A stretch of 64,000 bases of DNA, from the NCBI GenBank assembly GCA_017499595.2, contig CM038999.1:2356001-2420000 (forward strand). The letters are read 5' to 3'. The notes under the pieces are model-generated. The model saw only the letters and a program-made list of their open reading frames with translations, was not told the DNA's origin and did no database searches. The position numbers were made by a program, and so were the translations under genes. The number at the start of each line of letters is the position of its first letter. The first letter of the stretch is position 1. This document shows positions 1 to 13,590 of the stretch, in pieces. Source of the DNA: Psilocybe cubensis. Lineage: Eukaryota.

Positions 1-3000
1 TGCCTGCAACGCCCATCTCAAGTAGCCATGGCTTCGTATCATCTCTGCCTCGCAAAAGATCTACCACTGCACAACCCAGCTCTTCATATACGTCCTTTAC
101 GCGTCCCATCTCAAATGAGCGTGAGCGACACCCGGAGCAGCAATGGTCGCTATTTGGCCAACTGATGGAAAATGAGGGTTATCTCAGCCCCAAAGCCCCG
201 TCAACCATCCGAGGGCGAAGGGATTCTGGTAGTGACTACTTTGGTCTGGAAACTACCAGCGCTGTATCTGGGCTCTCCCCTCGGTTACGTGGTATTCGTC
301 AACATACAAACTCTGTCAAAACTGTTTCACCCATAAGAAGCTCAATCTACAACGAAGCAGGAGCCGAAGAATATGACTCTGAAGATCATTCTTCTGTCGT
401 GTCTACTTTCCACTCCCCTGACAATTCCCAAAAACCATGGCATGGCTACTTTTCTTTGGGCCGACTGTCCCCGTCTTTGATATCCCAGAATGTTTTGAAA
501 TGTGCAATTGCATATTTCGTTGGGTCACTGTTCACTTTTTCGCCCTTTCTTTCAAAGATAATAAGCAATATGGATTCCTCTACCCCCTCTGCGAGTGCTC
601 ACATGGTGTCGACAATGTAGGTCTTCTGTGGTACTGTGCCATACTTCACTCATCATCTTCTCAGTGTTGTTTACTTCAACCCCGCAAAAACAGTTGGGGC
701 AATGTTAGAAGCAGATATGTTTTGCTTGTTTGGAGTCATGTATGCGGCTTTTGCCTGTTTGGGTTCAATGTCCATGTTCTGGTGGTTGGAACTTAAGCCT
801 GGATGGGAATCAGCTGCAGATTTTATTGCCCTTGTTTGGATCGGCGTTAGTATGGGAGCACTTGCTTGGATGAAAGTATGGATGGTGAGATTTAGGCACG
901 ATTCATGCCATAGTTTCTTTACTTAAACTGAATCATTAGGAAAATCCGTCGTTCAATACAGGTATGTTTTACCTGTCTTAAGCCTGCTAATATTGTTATG
1001 AACTGAGTTGGGCTTAGCTTGCAGCATGACCGCAATTCTTATGTTTGTCGTGTAAGTCACGAATATTGATCTGTTCTAGTTGGTTTATTCATACAACACT
1101 TCACAGAATAATCAAGGAAGGTGGCCTGGAGACACTGCTACAAGTGTCAGGCATCATTTTATGTGGTTCTAGCATCGCAAATTTCGTTTGCTTCCTTATT
1201 TGGCCTCAGTCTGCTATCATAAATCTCCAACTCAGCATGGTCAAAACTCTGGAATCGTTTTCAACGCTTTTACCGATGCTCACAAGCATCTTCTTGTTGG
1301 AGAATGACTCTGATGAACATGCACAGGACTTGCATAAGATTCAAAAGGCAGTCGAAAATCACCAAAGCAGTTTCACGAGCCTTCGGAAAAATCTTCGGGA
1401 AGCTAAGAGCGAGTGGATCCTAACTGGCACCTTGGCAAATGGCGATGGTGTGGTTGAAGAGGATGGTTCGTACCGTAACATTTCTGGTCAACGGTCATAC
1501 GAGGATGCGGTAGATTCTCTGAACCGTCTGGCCCAACACTTAAATGGATTACGCAGTGGCACGCGCCTTCAATACGATCTTTCCAAAGCGGGTATCAAAG
1601 CCCGCACTGACAGGGCCGGAAAAAGCAAAGCTGCTGAACCCAATGCAGATGAAGACGAAGCGGCAATCTTGAGGGCTGCTGCTGATATGTTTGGCGACCT
1701 CGTCGACGAATTAGGCCCGCCTCTAAAAGCATTATCAGTGCGTTTTTTTTTCTTCTTGTTTTTTTTCTTTTGTTTTGCCGATAATTTATGTTTCGCCGCA
1801 ATGCATTCACATCAGTCAACCTCCACCAACACCCTCAATAGATTGAAGGACGTATGCTTGGAATCTCGTCAAGATAAAAAAGGACACATAGATATCATTC
1901 AACCTCATGAATTTTCTGATCTTGTGGATGGAATCGAAGCAGCTTTGATTCGGTTCGAAAGCACTTCTAATCACGCCGTTTTGAGGCTGTATCGACGAAG
2001 CGATAATCCGTTGTTGCCGAACTCGCCATCTAGTCCTATTTTTGGTCAAGATACTTCACACACGTCATCTGGAGATGTTAATAACGAAAATGTCTTCCTC
2101 GTTTACTTGTGAGTAGAGAAGTTCGCATTGTATGTCATACACCTGTTGAGAATTAAAATTCCAGCTTTATTTTCACTTTGCAAGAGTTTGCTAAAGAATT
2201 GATAGCACTCGTTGATCCCATTGAACGAATATACTGTTACGAGCAACAAATGCTGCGCAGAGGTCCTTGGTGGTATAGGCTAATGACTTGGGTGCAAGGC
2301 ATCTTCTCATCGTTCCGGTTCTCGCAAAGAAAACCAATTGACAGTCAAAACAGAACACTGAACTTCAGAAAGAGTCTGGCATACATGATACCACGCTACC
2401 GAGCTACCCACCCTGCCTTTCCGAAAATCAAACCTCACGCACCAGATACGATCCAAACCCCACCCCGTCATCAGCTATCAATCATAGGGAAAGTGAATCA
2501 ATCGCTTTGGAGTTTCGGCAAAAGGCTTAAAGAAAGAGACACTAAATACGCTATAAAGGTGGGCATGGCGACACTCATTCTGGCTTTCCCTGCCTTTGTG
2601 GAGGATACCCGTCCAACGTTTGTTGAGTATTGGGGTGACTGGGCATTGATTTCCGTGAGTGGTAGATTGCATCATTCAAATGTGGATTTGGTTTTGATGT
2701 ATGTGATCACTTTGCAATATAGTTCTTCGTTGTTATTTCCCCGACGATTGGCGCTGTAAGCATCTTCAATCGACCGTAAAACCATTGTATATAAACAATT
2801 TCTCATTTGCAGACAAACTACCTTAGCTTACAACGCTTCCTTGGTACTTTGTATGATTTTCTGCTGATTCATCCTGTGATCTATACTGACTTCACTTTTA
2901 CTGCCGAATATCAGATTTGGAGCTTCTGTTGCTGTAACACTTTATACACTGCTACCAGAGGATGGCGTAGCTTTATCGATCACAGGCTTTTTGTTTTCGT

Positions 3001-4333
3001 TGCCTTGCTTTTATTTTGCGGTTTCAAAACCACAGTACCTTTCTGCTTCACGATTCGTTCTTTTGACATACAACCTTACATGTCTTTACTGGTTAGTCCC
3101 CCCTTCGATGTATACCGTTTGATGTGTTTCATTGACCATTGCATCACCTGTAGCTACAACCTAAGACAGAAAGATGTATCAGTGATTGATATAGGGGTAC
3201 ATCGCGCTTTGGCTGTTACAGTGGGCATACTGTGGGCTGCGTTTGTGTCAAGGTTCTGGTGGCCATCCGAAGCTCGGCGAGAATTGAGTAAATCTCTCAG
3301 CGAGTGAGTATCTGGTGCTTCATATTTTTTCCATGTGTTGACAATGATCAATAAATGGCCAGATTTTGCCTTCATATTGGCTGGCTTTACACCCGACTGG
3401 TAGCATCGAATTCATTTGCGCCTGAATATCGACAAGAAGGTTCATCGCTCGATCCCACCAGTCGAGCTATGTCAAGACATTCCAATAAACTCCAGCCAAC
3501 ACGTTTGACCAACTCTATACATGAATTTATGGCAATGTCAGACTTTTTTTGTCTTGAGGTGCTTGGTGATACTGAATGCTTGGTATCAGGGAATTGCACC
3601 TCCAGATCAAGCTCATTGAACTGCAAACGCTACTCGCACAAGCCCAACATGAGCCTCGGCTGAAGGGACCCTTTCCTGTGGATTTGTATCGCCAAATTCT
3701 GACCAGTCTGCAATCGATCTTGGATAAACTGCATAGCATGCGGTGCGTTACAACGAGAGAGGAATGGTGAGTTTTCACGAAAGTCTTCTCTGCCATTTCT
3801 CACATCATGCCATAGGTATACGGTGAGAGATAGTCTAGATGTTTCAAGGCGCCTTCTCATTCAGCTGACCTCGTTCAGAGTGTTCGCCAAGATTTTATCG
3901 TCCCGGTGAACAAAGAACGACGAGAAATGGTAGGCAATATAATGCTCAGTTTCTCAACTCTTGCTGCGTCGTTCCGACTCAAGGCACCGCTGCCTCCTTA
4001 TCTGCCTCCTGTTGAAAAGTCAAGGCTACGATTGGTGCGTGTGGCCCACGTGTGGGAAGATTGATTTGATGGGATAGATACTGATGCTGTCAGACACCTC
4101 AGGTCGAGGCGATTCGGAAACTGGATGTTGTCAAAAACCGAGATGCCAAGGTTTCGCGTCAACTGCTTTTCTTTGCATATGCTCTCACGATGAAGGGAGT
4201 GACGATGGAGCTTGAGTTTCTCGGTCGAACGCTGCAGGATGCGTTTGGAGTGATTGGACAGACATCTGAAGAGTTTGAGCAGTTGTTCCTGCCTCTTGGA
4301 GAAAGCTCTGGGAACATTGAGCATGTAGCATGA
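1..4333 (+). CDS. FUSC_2/ArAE_2-family (aromatic acid exporter / Bre4-like) multi-pass membrane protein, multi-exon, 5' end outside window
   Basis: The 165..620 ORF frame is open back to position 3. Exons encode hydrophobic blocks: 'VLKCAIAYFVGSLFTF', 'VYFNPAKTVGAMLEAD', 'KYAIKVGMATLILAFPAF...YWGDWALIS', 'HRALAVTVGILWAAFVSRFWWPSEARREL', 'QAQHEPRLKGPFP'. Stop TGA at 4331-4333. Confidence 0.75.
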
Positions 4334-4562
4334 ACAATACAGATAGTAAAGGGCGGAAGTATGACATTGGAGGCTACCATCATGATTCTTCGTGTCTTTG
4401 TGGATATAAATAGGCATGCACTGCCATGCGTAATTGGGCTAACACTTTTTGGGTTAAATATCCTCGAATGGTCAACGCGGATTCACGGCTGCCCCTTGTT
4501 GACTTTATATCATTTCGACCGCAATTCAGGCAATTGCGCCTTTCTCTTTCTCTTTTCCACTT

Positions 4563-6324
4563 ATGCATCGTCTCAGCGGGCTCCTGGGCTTGTCTCTTCT
4601 CTCTTTCTCCCAGCTCATCTCTGCTCAACATGCTGTAAGTCGTCGCCGTCACTCTCCCATCGTGGCCCCCCATTCATCACACCCTGAATGCTAGCTTTAC
4701 TCTCGGCAACAGAGCTTGACGGGCGACAAAGTATGCGGTTCGGTAGGTTACTTGGCGCATCTCTGCTCCGACCATGTTTACATTCGTCGCCGCAGACCAT
4801 GTGCATTGAGGCGACTGTCAACGGCTCGTCTACCACATGTACGTGCTAGGCGAAAACAATTGTCTGCAGTCTTGTTTAGTCTCTTCCAGATGTCCTCTCT
4901 AGTCTTGGGAAGCAGAACACGGGGTGGATGGCCATGTAACTATTCTGCTCACTATGCGACGCCCTTTGCTAATGTGCTGATGGCCATTAAGGGGCTTTGG
5001 TCGCCAGATGACAGGTACACTGATGGTCATAATGTGGATCAATCCAGATGGTTCAGTTACGCTTTCCCAACGTTCTGCATCGGATTATGTCATGCCCACT
5101 GTCGACTCAAATCCACCCAGAGTTGCTCAGAAATCACTATCCCTTAGTGTTGTGAGCATTCATGGACTGCCCTTGTACTTTGCTTGACTCTAACTCGATG
5201 CTAGACGAATTCTAAGACACCCTCCTTGGCATACACCATTCCTGTCAGTCTTGTCTCTGCTTATATTCTGTATACTTCTAATCTTTTGGCGCTCTGTCCA
5301 GTCAAACACAGATACAAAACAACCCATTATATACGCTTTTGGCACGACCACACCCTCGTCTTCGGATGAAAACGCTACTCTTCTACAGCATCTTGACATG
5401 GGTATCCTGCAGTTGGATCTCACCAAACCTGTGACAGCTACCACCCCAACAGACGGTTCGGGAGGTTACCCGTCTGATACCACCCCTGCCACACCCGACA
5501 GCAGCTTTTCCGAACCCCCATTGCTCCCCTACCAAAAGTTAATTGTTGCCCACGCCATTATGTGCACAGTTGGATTTTTGTTCTTATTGCCCCTGGGCGC
5601 TCTTCTGGCTCGATATCTCAGGACATTTATTCCTACATGGTTCCAGAGTCACTGGATTGTTCAGTTCGCCCTGGGTAAGCGACAGGCAAACATCTTTCAA
5701 ATACAGGTTATGTATTAATTATCTCTACGCATATTAGGTGGCCCAGTCATTCTTATCGGCATTATCCTCGGAATTGCAGCTGTAAGTCAGTCAAAGGCAA
5801 TGCATCTAGATGATGATCATAAGGTAAGTATCTCTCACACTGTCAATTATCAGCGCTCCAATTTACGTCGCAATAGCGGTGGGGGATCGCCCTTCTGGTC
5901 TTATATTTGGTCCAATGCGGTTTGGGAGCTTTCATTCACTTTGTAAAGAACCCAAACCGAGTACGCCGACCACCCCAAAACTACTTACATGCTGTCGTTG
6001 GTCTGGCTATCATTGGACTAGCGTTCTATCAAGTCCATTCTGGGTTCGACCATGAATGGACTTTCACCACTGGACGTGAACCGCTACCCTCGGTTGTAAA
6101 GATTGTTTTCTATGTATGGGTTGTGGTACGTTCAATTTCTCTGTTGGTGAACACATTCTTATTTAAACAATTCTATAAAATTACAGTTCTTGCCGGTTGC
6201 ATACGCCGTAGGACTGGGCTTCCTACCCAAACAGTATCGTCAGGAATACAACAAAGTGCGTACAAATGACGACGAAGAAGAGCACAGTCAATTTGGCCTT
6301 AAAGAGACCTCGTATGGTCGTTGA
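4563..6324 (+). CDS. DOMON (CDH-cytochrome-like) + cytochrome b561 membrane protein
   Basis: Signal peptide MHRLSGLLGLSLLSFSQLISA; DOMON-like 'GWMAMGFG.QM.GTLMVIMW'; b561 His motifs 'IVAHAIMCTVGFL', 'WFQSHWIVQ', 'DDHKRWG', 'QNYLHAVVG'. Stop at 6322-6324. Confidence 0.8.
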
Positions 6325-7632
6325 TTAAATATCCGCTAGTCCATAGATAGCTCTCACATTTGATGATCTTACCATGCGGACTTTCTTTGTGCTAACGGGA
6401 CACTTTCTTTTCGTCTACTATATGGGCATGGGGTAGTATTTTATGATAGATCATTACACATATATATTTTGGATAAAGAAGGCTAGTCCTTCTTTATGAG
6501 CCTTTATGTGACTGTAATCCTATTGTTTTTTTCGCAGAGATGTACGTGTGCTGCAAGACAACGAGGTATTGTGCTACATCTGCAAAGCTGGACAAATATA
6601 TGTAGCTGCAAAGATGGCCCCCATATTTTATTACTAGCAAACGTTCACCATTAGGCTCACGCTAACACCACATGAAACTTCTGTCGGCCAACCGCCGGTT
6701 CGACTGCGGATCCTTTAATGATCCTATACTAGTATTGGCGCTCTTTTTACCATCTACGCTACGTTAATGTGTTGATGTTACGTGTCATCAAGTCGGTCGG
6801 ACAACCTAAGTAATTGATCTCTGACTATACTCCCCGATTTTTTTGCATTGCCTGCTTGCGGGGAAGCTGAAGGCCATCGCTGCTGAGTTCCGCCCGTTTC
6901 CCAGCTGTAATTTCCTCGGTGGGTGTCAAGCAGACCACATATCCGAATTTCCAACGAACCGATGAATTTTGTACGTTACTTCTGTCTACTTGGAGAAAGA
7001 TGGTTGGAATAGTAGAGGATATTGTGACACTGTCCAAATAGGGTCGAATCGCGCGGGGATGAAGAACCTTGATGAAACCTTGTTCTACAAGTTTTCAAAC
7101 AAAGCAGACCCAAAACACTCAAGAATGCATGCCACCGTTAGGCAGGGTCATCCAACTTACTGCATGAGCCAGTGTTCTCCCTCCATTATAATAGGCCACA
7201 AGTGTGGCGTTTGCTTGCGGTACCGATTCTCTAGCTGTTCTCACCAATCTGGCCACCGTGTGGCAGCTGGCCTGCATATTCACTGTTTCGCGGCGCCTAA
7301 CCGACCATTGCCAGAGTCTCGGACAAACTTTGTAGGTACAAGGACCGTACGATTGAGAAATTGGTTACCTGGAGAGCTTCTCGGTGTGCCTTCGATAGCT
7401 TACATTTGATTCTCTTTCATCCATTTCTTTGAAAGCAAATGGAATGGAGCCTGTTCCACCTGGCTTGTTGCTGGTAAAACAACCAGAAATGGACCGTTGC
7501 GCAGCTGGTCAACAGGCTGTAAATGCTCAAACACTTATCTAGAAAATGCAGAAGCCCATTGTCTCAAGAAATATAGACAGCATCGATTGTCTTCAAGCCC
7601 ACATCTTCATCCACTAACAGGTTCTTGGCCAG

Positions 7633-9021
7633 ATGCTTCCCAAAGGTCTCTATGGTATTCTTTCTCTGATGGCTTTAATCATTCAGAGTCTTGGGACGGA
7701 AGTGGGCATGTCCTCTGGCAATGGTGACAAGGAAGGAAAAACCACAGATGAACCGACCAAAACGTTTCCTGATATTCAACCAAGAAATGGCAATTCGCGT
7801 TGCTCACCTGGAACTTGGTCTAGCAAAGGCACGACCCCTTGTAACGATTGTTCCCCTGGGTCATATTCAAAAGGCATGATTTTCTACTAAATTCAAACCT
7901 CAAGTTGACACTTACCACTTTTTTCTAGAATCTGGAGTAACATCGTGCCTCTTAGCCAGAGCGGGATACTACGTACCCACACCCAGAGCGACAACGGAGA
8001 CTCCTTGTCAATCAGGCACGTATTCAACGTCGACTGGCAGCACTTCTTGTGGTTCTTGCCCTCCAGGACATATGTGTCCCAATAATGCACTTGCAAATCC
8101 GCAGAAATGTTCTCCAGGAAGATATTCCACTGGAGGATTGACCGAATGCACGAAATGCAGTGCTGGAACATTTAACAGTATTCAAGGCGCGACAGGGTGC
8201 TGCCCATGTGCAGCTGGTTGGTATAATGTAAGTAACCATTAGTGTGTTTCATGCTAGGACCTTTAACGACTGAGTACTTTCAGGATCAACCGGGGAACAC
8301 CAATTGCCAAAGGTACGTTTTGCTCCATAGTGGGGGTGCTTGAAAGTTCAAATTATTGTTCAGATGTTCCAATCAATATCCATATTCAGGGCCTGGGACA
8401 GGAAACCGCAATGGATGTTCTGCAAACCCTGGAGGTTGGGCCATTTCTCCTTCCTGCTCACAGGGCTCAGATGGAACATGCCGTAGGTTTCCAGAGACAT
8501 GACCTACGACCTACGTGATCTTGACTATTTATTACATTAGCTGGTTCGTCTCCATTTGCTAGCGTTAGTTCTAAGCCAAAGCGCCATGTCATACACGCGC
8601 CGCTTTGCCGAAGAACAGGTCAAAAAGCGTGTCCAGTATATGGGTTTAATTGGCGAGGGGGCAAACACCACTCTTTCACAAGTTATGAGTGTGTTGACAT
8701 TGAAAATGACCTGGAGTGAGTCATATCGGCTTCTTTTGTTCTCGGCACTTTCATCTGATCGGACGGCAATCCTAGATCCTGCGGTGGTTGTGTTCAGCAA
8801 TCCAACGATGGGGAAGCTAGCGCGGATGGTGGCAGAGATTGCAGCGCAATCCCCAATGTTAGTACCGTGCGATGTCATAAAAGTGAATGTGTAATAGGTA
8901 AATGTCCTTCTTGTTGGCCCTGCAGAAAACACAACGCCTCATGGTTTGCCACACCTTAGATTCATGCCAAGCAGGTTTTATCCGATCTGCAGATGGAACG
9001 CATTGTGTACCTGACCTGTAG
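7633..9021 (+). CDS. Secreted cysteine-rich protein: CxPGxY/W (ephrin-receptor-like/GCC2_GCC3-type) repeats plus C-terminal PriA/Cpl1-like domain
   Basis: Hydrophobic N-terminus; repeats CSPGTWS, CSPGSYS, CQSGTYS, CPPGHMC, CSPGRYS, CSAGTFN, CAAGWYN. The C-terminus 'ACPVYG...YECVDIENDLESCGGC...GRDCSAIPNVSTVRC..ECVI' fits the PriA/Cpl1 pattern. Stop TAG at 9019-9021. Confidence 0.75.
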
Positions 9022-9195
9022 TTGTTGTGGACCTTTAGACTTATTTTAGTGTAATAAGTACTTTAGAAACAGATTCCGGGGACAATATTGTCCAATTTAT
9101 CGAGGGCGGCCTCATTAATGATCTGTGCTAGAGGCCGCAGACTAGTTTGATTGTTCATTTGTTAAAGCTTTTGTGCCACGATTTCGGGCTTTGAA

Positions 9196-9210
9196 ACGCG
9201 TCAATATAAA
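9196..9210 (+). promoter_or_regulatory. MCB-like ACGCGT element and TATAAA upstream of CHK2
   Basis: ACGCGT at 9196-9201 and TATAAA at 9205-9210, then a pyrimidine-rich tract before the ATG at 9258. Confidence 0.45.
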
Positions 9211-9257
9211 CCGCTTCCTTTCTTTTACCACCAACACTACTTATACCCCCCTCCACA

Positions 9258-11541
9258 ATGGATTCACTAGACAACATGGAATACGAACACCAAGAGGACG
9301 CGTTCACAAACGAAGAATCTCAGGATTATGAGCAACAAACTCAGACTCAGTCTACACAGCAAGCTTCTCAGCCCCCGCCTGTCGCTTTTGATTCGCACTT
9401 GTGGGGGTTCTTGCAACCCTGCAGTGCAGCGCTCACTCGCATTGACTTTTGGAAACTGAATCCCCGATATACCATTGGCAGGAACACTGAAACTAACCAA
9501 GTTGTTCTGCCGGGGTACAAAGTCAGTGAGTGGTTCTTCTTCTTGCTTCTAAATCAACAATGTATCCGAACGCGGTTCACCCAGGCAACACGCACTGTAC
9601 TATCACTTGGGATGGTAAGGATGTAGGATCCACTATCATTGTAACCGATCTATCGAGCAACGGGACATTCGTGTGTCTTGGTCTATTCATTTCTCAGGAC
9701 TATACTCGCTAACATGCATCTAGATCAACGGAGAGAAGATTGGCAAGAACAACACGCGTATTCTTCATGAAGGAAATGAGATTGCTTTTGGTACATCTAT
9801 TCCACAACCTCAAAACGACGGCCTAGAAGATTATCGTTTGTATTGCTTCCTCAAGACTGCTTGTCTGATGTTAACTCTTGGATTATCAGGTTTCGTCTAT
9901 CGTCATTTGGCATGTGGTATGCCCACAGAAGGGTTGTATGCTCACTACGACCTCGGTATCGAGCTAGGAAAGGGATCATTTGCCACTGTTCGTAAAGCGA
10001 TCCATCGCGCTACTGGGCAGTGGTATGCTGTAAAAATGATCTCCGCGAGCAAGGCCGTTCGAAACAATACACAGTCATCAAGAAACTCGAATCTTGCCCG
10101 CGAAATTAGTATCATGGAGAAGTTAGAGCATCCAAATATCTGTAAACTTGTCGAAGTATTCTTCCAAGACGACAAAAGCATCAGTAGGTACTCTGCATGC
10201 CGTAGCTTCATAGCAACTAACGGTTCACAGACCTTGTTTTGGAACATGTCGAGGGTGGTGATCTGCTGGAACATATTTTGAAAAATGGCGGACTTGGTGC
10301 GTCTTTAAAGTTCTTGATTTGCACGCAATCTCTCAACTGTGTCCTACTAGCTGAAGTAGATGCAAGAGATATTACATATCAAATTTGTGATGCCATGGCA
10401 GTAAGTCAGTTAACAGTCATACAAAATTCTTTAAACCAAGTGCCTTGTAGTATATACACGCCAAAGGAGTCACTCATCGAGATCTTAAACCCGAGGTTTG
10501 TATTGACCTCTTTTATCTTTCTGTCGGCGAAAGCTCACCATGTTCTTTAGAATGTCCTTTTGACTGCAGATAAACCCCCAAAGGTGAAGGTGGCTGATTT
10601 TGGGCTTGCCAAAGTCGTTGACAGTCTGACCATGTTAAGAGTGCGTCCTAACCTTCAATACAAGTTCTTCACGGATTGATGTTCTCCAAGACCATGTGTG
10701 GGACACCCAGTTATCTGGCACCCGAAGTTGTCAGATCCGACAATATCCACGGGTATGATAATCTCGTTGATAGTTGGAGCGTGGGTGTCATAGTGTTTTC
10801 CATGTAAGTGTTTGCGTAGGCACATCTGTTTGATTCCATTCTTATGGTCGTGGATTTAGGTTGACGAACTCCAGTCCCTTTATTGAGGACGAAACAGCTG
10901 ATATAAGAAATCGAATCCTATATCGTAGAGTTGATTGGCAAACTCTGAGTAACTGTCCTATCAGTATTGAAGGTGTGAAGCCCACGTTATTTCTTTACAC
11001 TCCTTTGTAACCTTTCTTTTCTCATATAGCCCACAAGTTCATTCGTCGTCTTCTTGAAGAAGACGCCCGCCGCCGACTATCTCTCACTGGTGCTCTCTTG
11101 GACCCATGGCTTGCCAACCATCTTCCTTATTACCCCAACCCTGACGTTTCCATGACTTCCGTAATTCAGAACGACGCTGATATGTCACCAGATGAGAACG
11201 AAAGGCCAGGACCTGCCCAAGCAACCACCTCCCGTGTTCCTTTACAGCGCCGTAGTCTAGTTCTCTCGCAAGCTGCGGAGGCGGGGGAGGATCCTATTGA
11301 ACCTTCTTGGGAGATGATAGCCTATGCCAACTCTAGGAACGACGTTGCTGATGCTGCTGAGCCTTCCGAAGCCCCTGTCAAAGGGCAAAACAAACGCATC
11401 CGTGCAGATCTAACTCCTGTCCCTGAAGATGCTGTAGACGATACGGATATGAATGCATCTAACCCGGTTTCTCAGACGAACGGAAAAGATGGCCAGCCTC
11501 GTCGGTCAACTCGTCGAAACAAGGTCGCCCGCATGTCTTGA
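9258..11541 (+). CDS. CHK2: Checkpoint kinase Chk2/Cds1/Rad53-like (SQ/TQ cluster + FHA + Ser/Thr kinase)
   Basis: N-terminal SQ/TQ cluster ([15 protein letters not shown]); FHA motifs 'YTIGRN', 'S.THC', 'DLSSNGTF'; kinase motifs 'LGKGSFATV', 'YAVK', 'HRDLKPEN', 'DFGLAK', '[10 protein letters not shown]'; basic C-terminal NLS-like tail. Confidence 0.88.
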
Positions 11542-11919
11542 TTCTGCACATATACATTGTAACAAACTCCACGGTTCTTCATCTTGCTCATTGACTCTCA
11601 TTTCTTGTATTATTTTCTGACTGTATATATCAATTCTGCTACAATCTAGTTGTCGCATCTTCCATCTTGGATGATAAATGCTATGCCTAAATCATTTTAA
11701 CGCAATGCTCCTCCATTAGCCTGATTAAAAATGAAGAAGCACTGAACGATATTATGAAATTGTGTTACGTTAGATATGAACGTGTTGCAATGCTGAACGA
11801 CAGTTGAGAAAAGTGTAAATGAAGATTCGAGATAATCAGCTATGTACATTAGAAAGCAAATATAGCATCGCGATAGCAAAAAAGATAACTTGATAGGAAA
11901 ACGGTAAAACGGAAAAGCC

Positions 11920-13388
11920 TTAGTCGGCGGAGTCAGCAGATGGGGAAGCCGTAGAAGAGCTCTTGCTGGCAGTTTCAACGGAATCCAATACCTTTTTCTT
12001 CCGCATCCCACGACGACTTTCTGTCGGGTATTCACACGGCAGCGAACGCCTTTGGCATTGACTATTGGAAAATTCATACATAAATAACTCTTGTACTCAA
12101 CATTTAAATTTGACTCACTTGCAAGTTCTATCGGTGCTTCCAGGAATAGGGGGGCCACACGCAATCTTTCTTCCCCGACAAAACAGACACGCTAGAGGAG
12201 GCTTTTTCTCCAGTTGACGTTTTGTTGGAAGTGGGCTTAAGGGCATCGATAATGGACGAGGTTGGTGAAGCAACGGCGGACCAGATGGGGGACCCATCCA
12301 TCCTGTCCCAGAGGGCTCTGGGGAATTCGGTGCTTGAGAAGGGATATGAGAAGTTGAACGTGGACTGTGACGATCGGTGCGAGGGGCGGTGCGAGTACTT
12401 GAGGATGAATTGGCGGACAAGGATTCCGTTTCGTGTCTCATGTGCCCTTCGGGCACAATCCTTCTCGTAATCGGGGATGGAACTGGTGAGGGTGCCTGAG
12501 CTCCCTCATGGTTTGGATACTGGGTATTTGGCAATTGGCCCGGGATGGGTATAAGAGGCTGGGGAATGGGTTCGGAGAAATGAGTGCGCTGAGATGAACT
12601 GAGCTCTGCGGTTGCCTGTTGTTGGTAATGTGAGTGACTGATGGGAGGTTGCAGATCAACAATAGGGGCAGCATCGTTGTGGTTCGGGTAAGTGTGTTCG
12701 TAATTGGTATGCTGGCTATAGGATGGAATATAGCTGGCTTCGACGCTAGGTGAATCCGCCTGAACGTTGGAATATTGTTGTTTCGTGGTATTATAAGCCG
12801 TCGGGATTTGCTGAACAGGAATATGGTACGATATGGTGTCAGAGGTAGTATGGTTGCTCTGCTCTGAATAGTACGAAACCACATCTGGACTTGTCTGCCA
12901 GAAAGTAATTAGGCTGGTCAAAGAGCGAACAGGTGGACGTCGTGGCTTACAGGTGTATAGTAGCTGCCCGAATGAAGATTTGTACTATGCTGGACAGTAG
13001 TGTCCCGGTCAGACTCACATTGCTCTAAATCTGTGCTGGCGGGATACGACTCATAGTACGCTTGAGTTGAATATTGCTGCGAAGGGAGCTCGATGGCCCT
13101 GTTTTGCAATGCTCCTGTATCGACAGCAGTATAGCCACGATCAAGTCCCGAGCTTGTTAGAGTGGTGTCGTATTGGAATACAGGTCCCCCAAAGGTGTTG
13201 TTTAGATCATGATACTCAATGGGTGATGGTGAATATTGAGAAAGGCTAGCCCACTGAGTGATGTCGTGATATCGTGCAGCAGGGAAAACTCTGTAAAACT
13301 GCTGCTGGCGCTCCCGCTGGTATTCCTGGAAGGGGGTGAGGGGTGGTGAGGCATAGGAGGAGGCGACGGGAGGGGAGTCAGTATACAT
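11920..13388 (-). CDS. Zn(II)2Cys6 transcription factor with C-terminal zinc cluster
   Basis: 'KKPPLACLFCRGRKIACGPPIPGSTDRTC' continues across an intron into 'QCQRRSLPCEYPTESRRGMRKKK'. Long Y/Q/S/P-rich N-terminus. Stop TAA at 11922-11920. Confidence 0.85.
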
Positions 13389-13590
13389 GGTGGGAGTTGA
13401 AGAAAGAAAAGCATCGTCGTGGAACCAGAAGAGCTTTCTTTGGGAGATTGCAACCCTGAACTGTTGCGCGTGAAATGCGCCCTTTTGGATAATCTAATCA
13501 ATGAAATCAAGCTACTGCATGCTGCCTCGGTGTGTATTCATACGTAAGGAAGCGAATAACGCTAATCGCACAAGTAAATTAACCCAATGC

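Noticed and set aside
6690-6715. GGTTCGACT resembling a tRNA T-loop/B-box
   Set aside because: No proper T-stem, acceptor stem or D-arm could be built.
6325-7632. ORFs 6969..7409 and 6825..7037
   Set aside because: No recognisable motifs or splice-supported structure; likely promoter/intergenic DNA.
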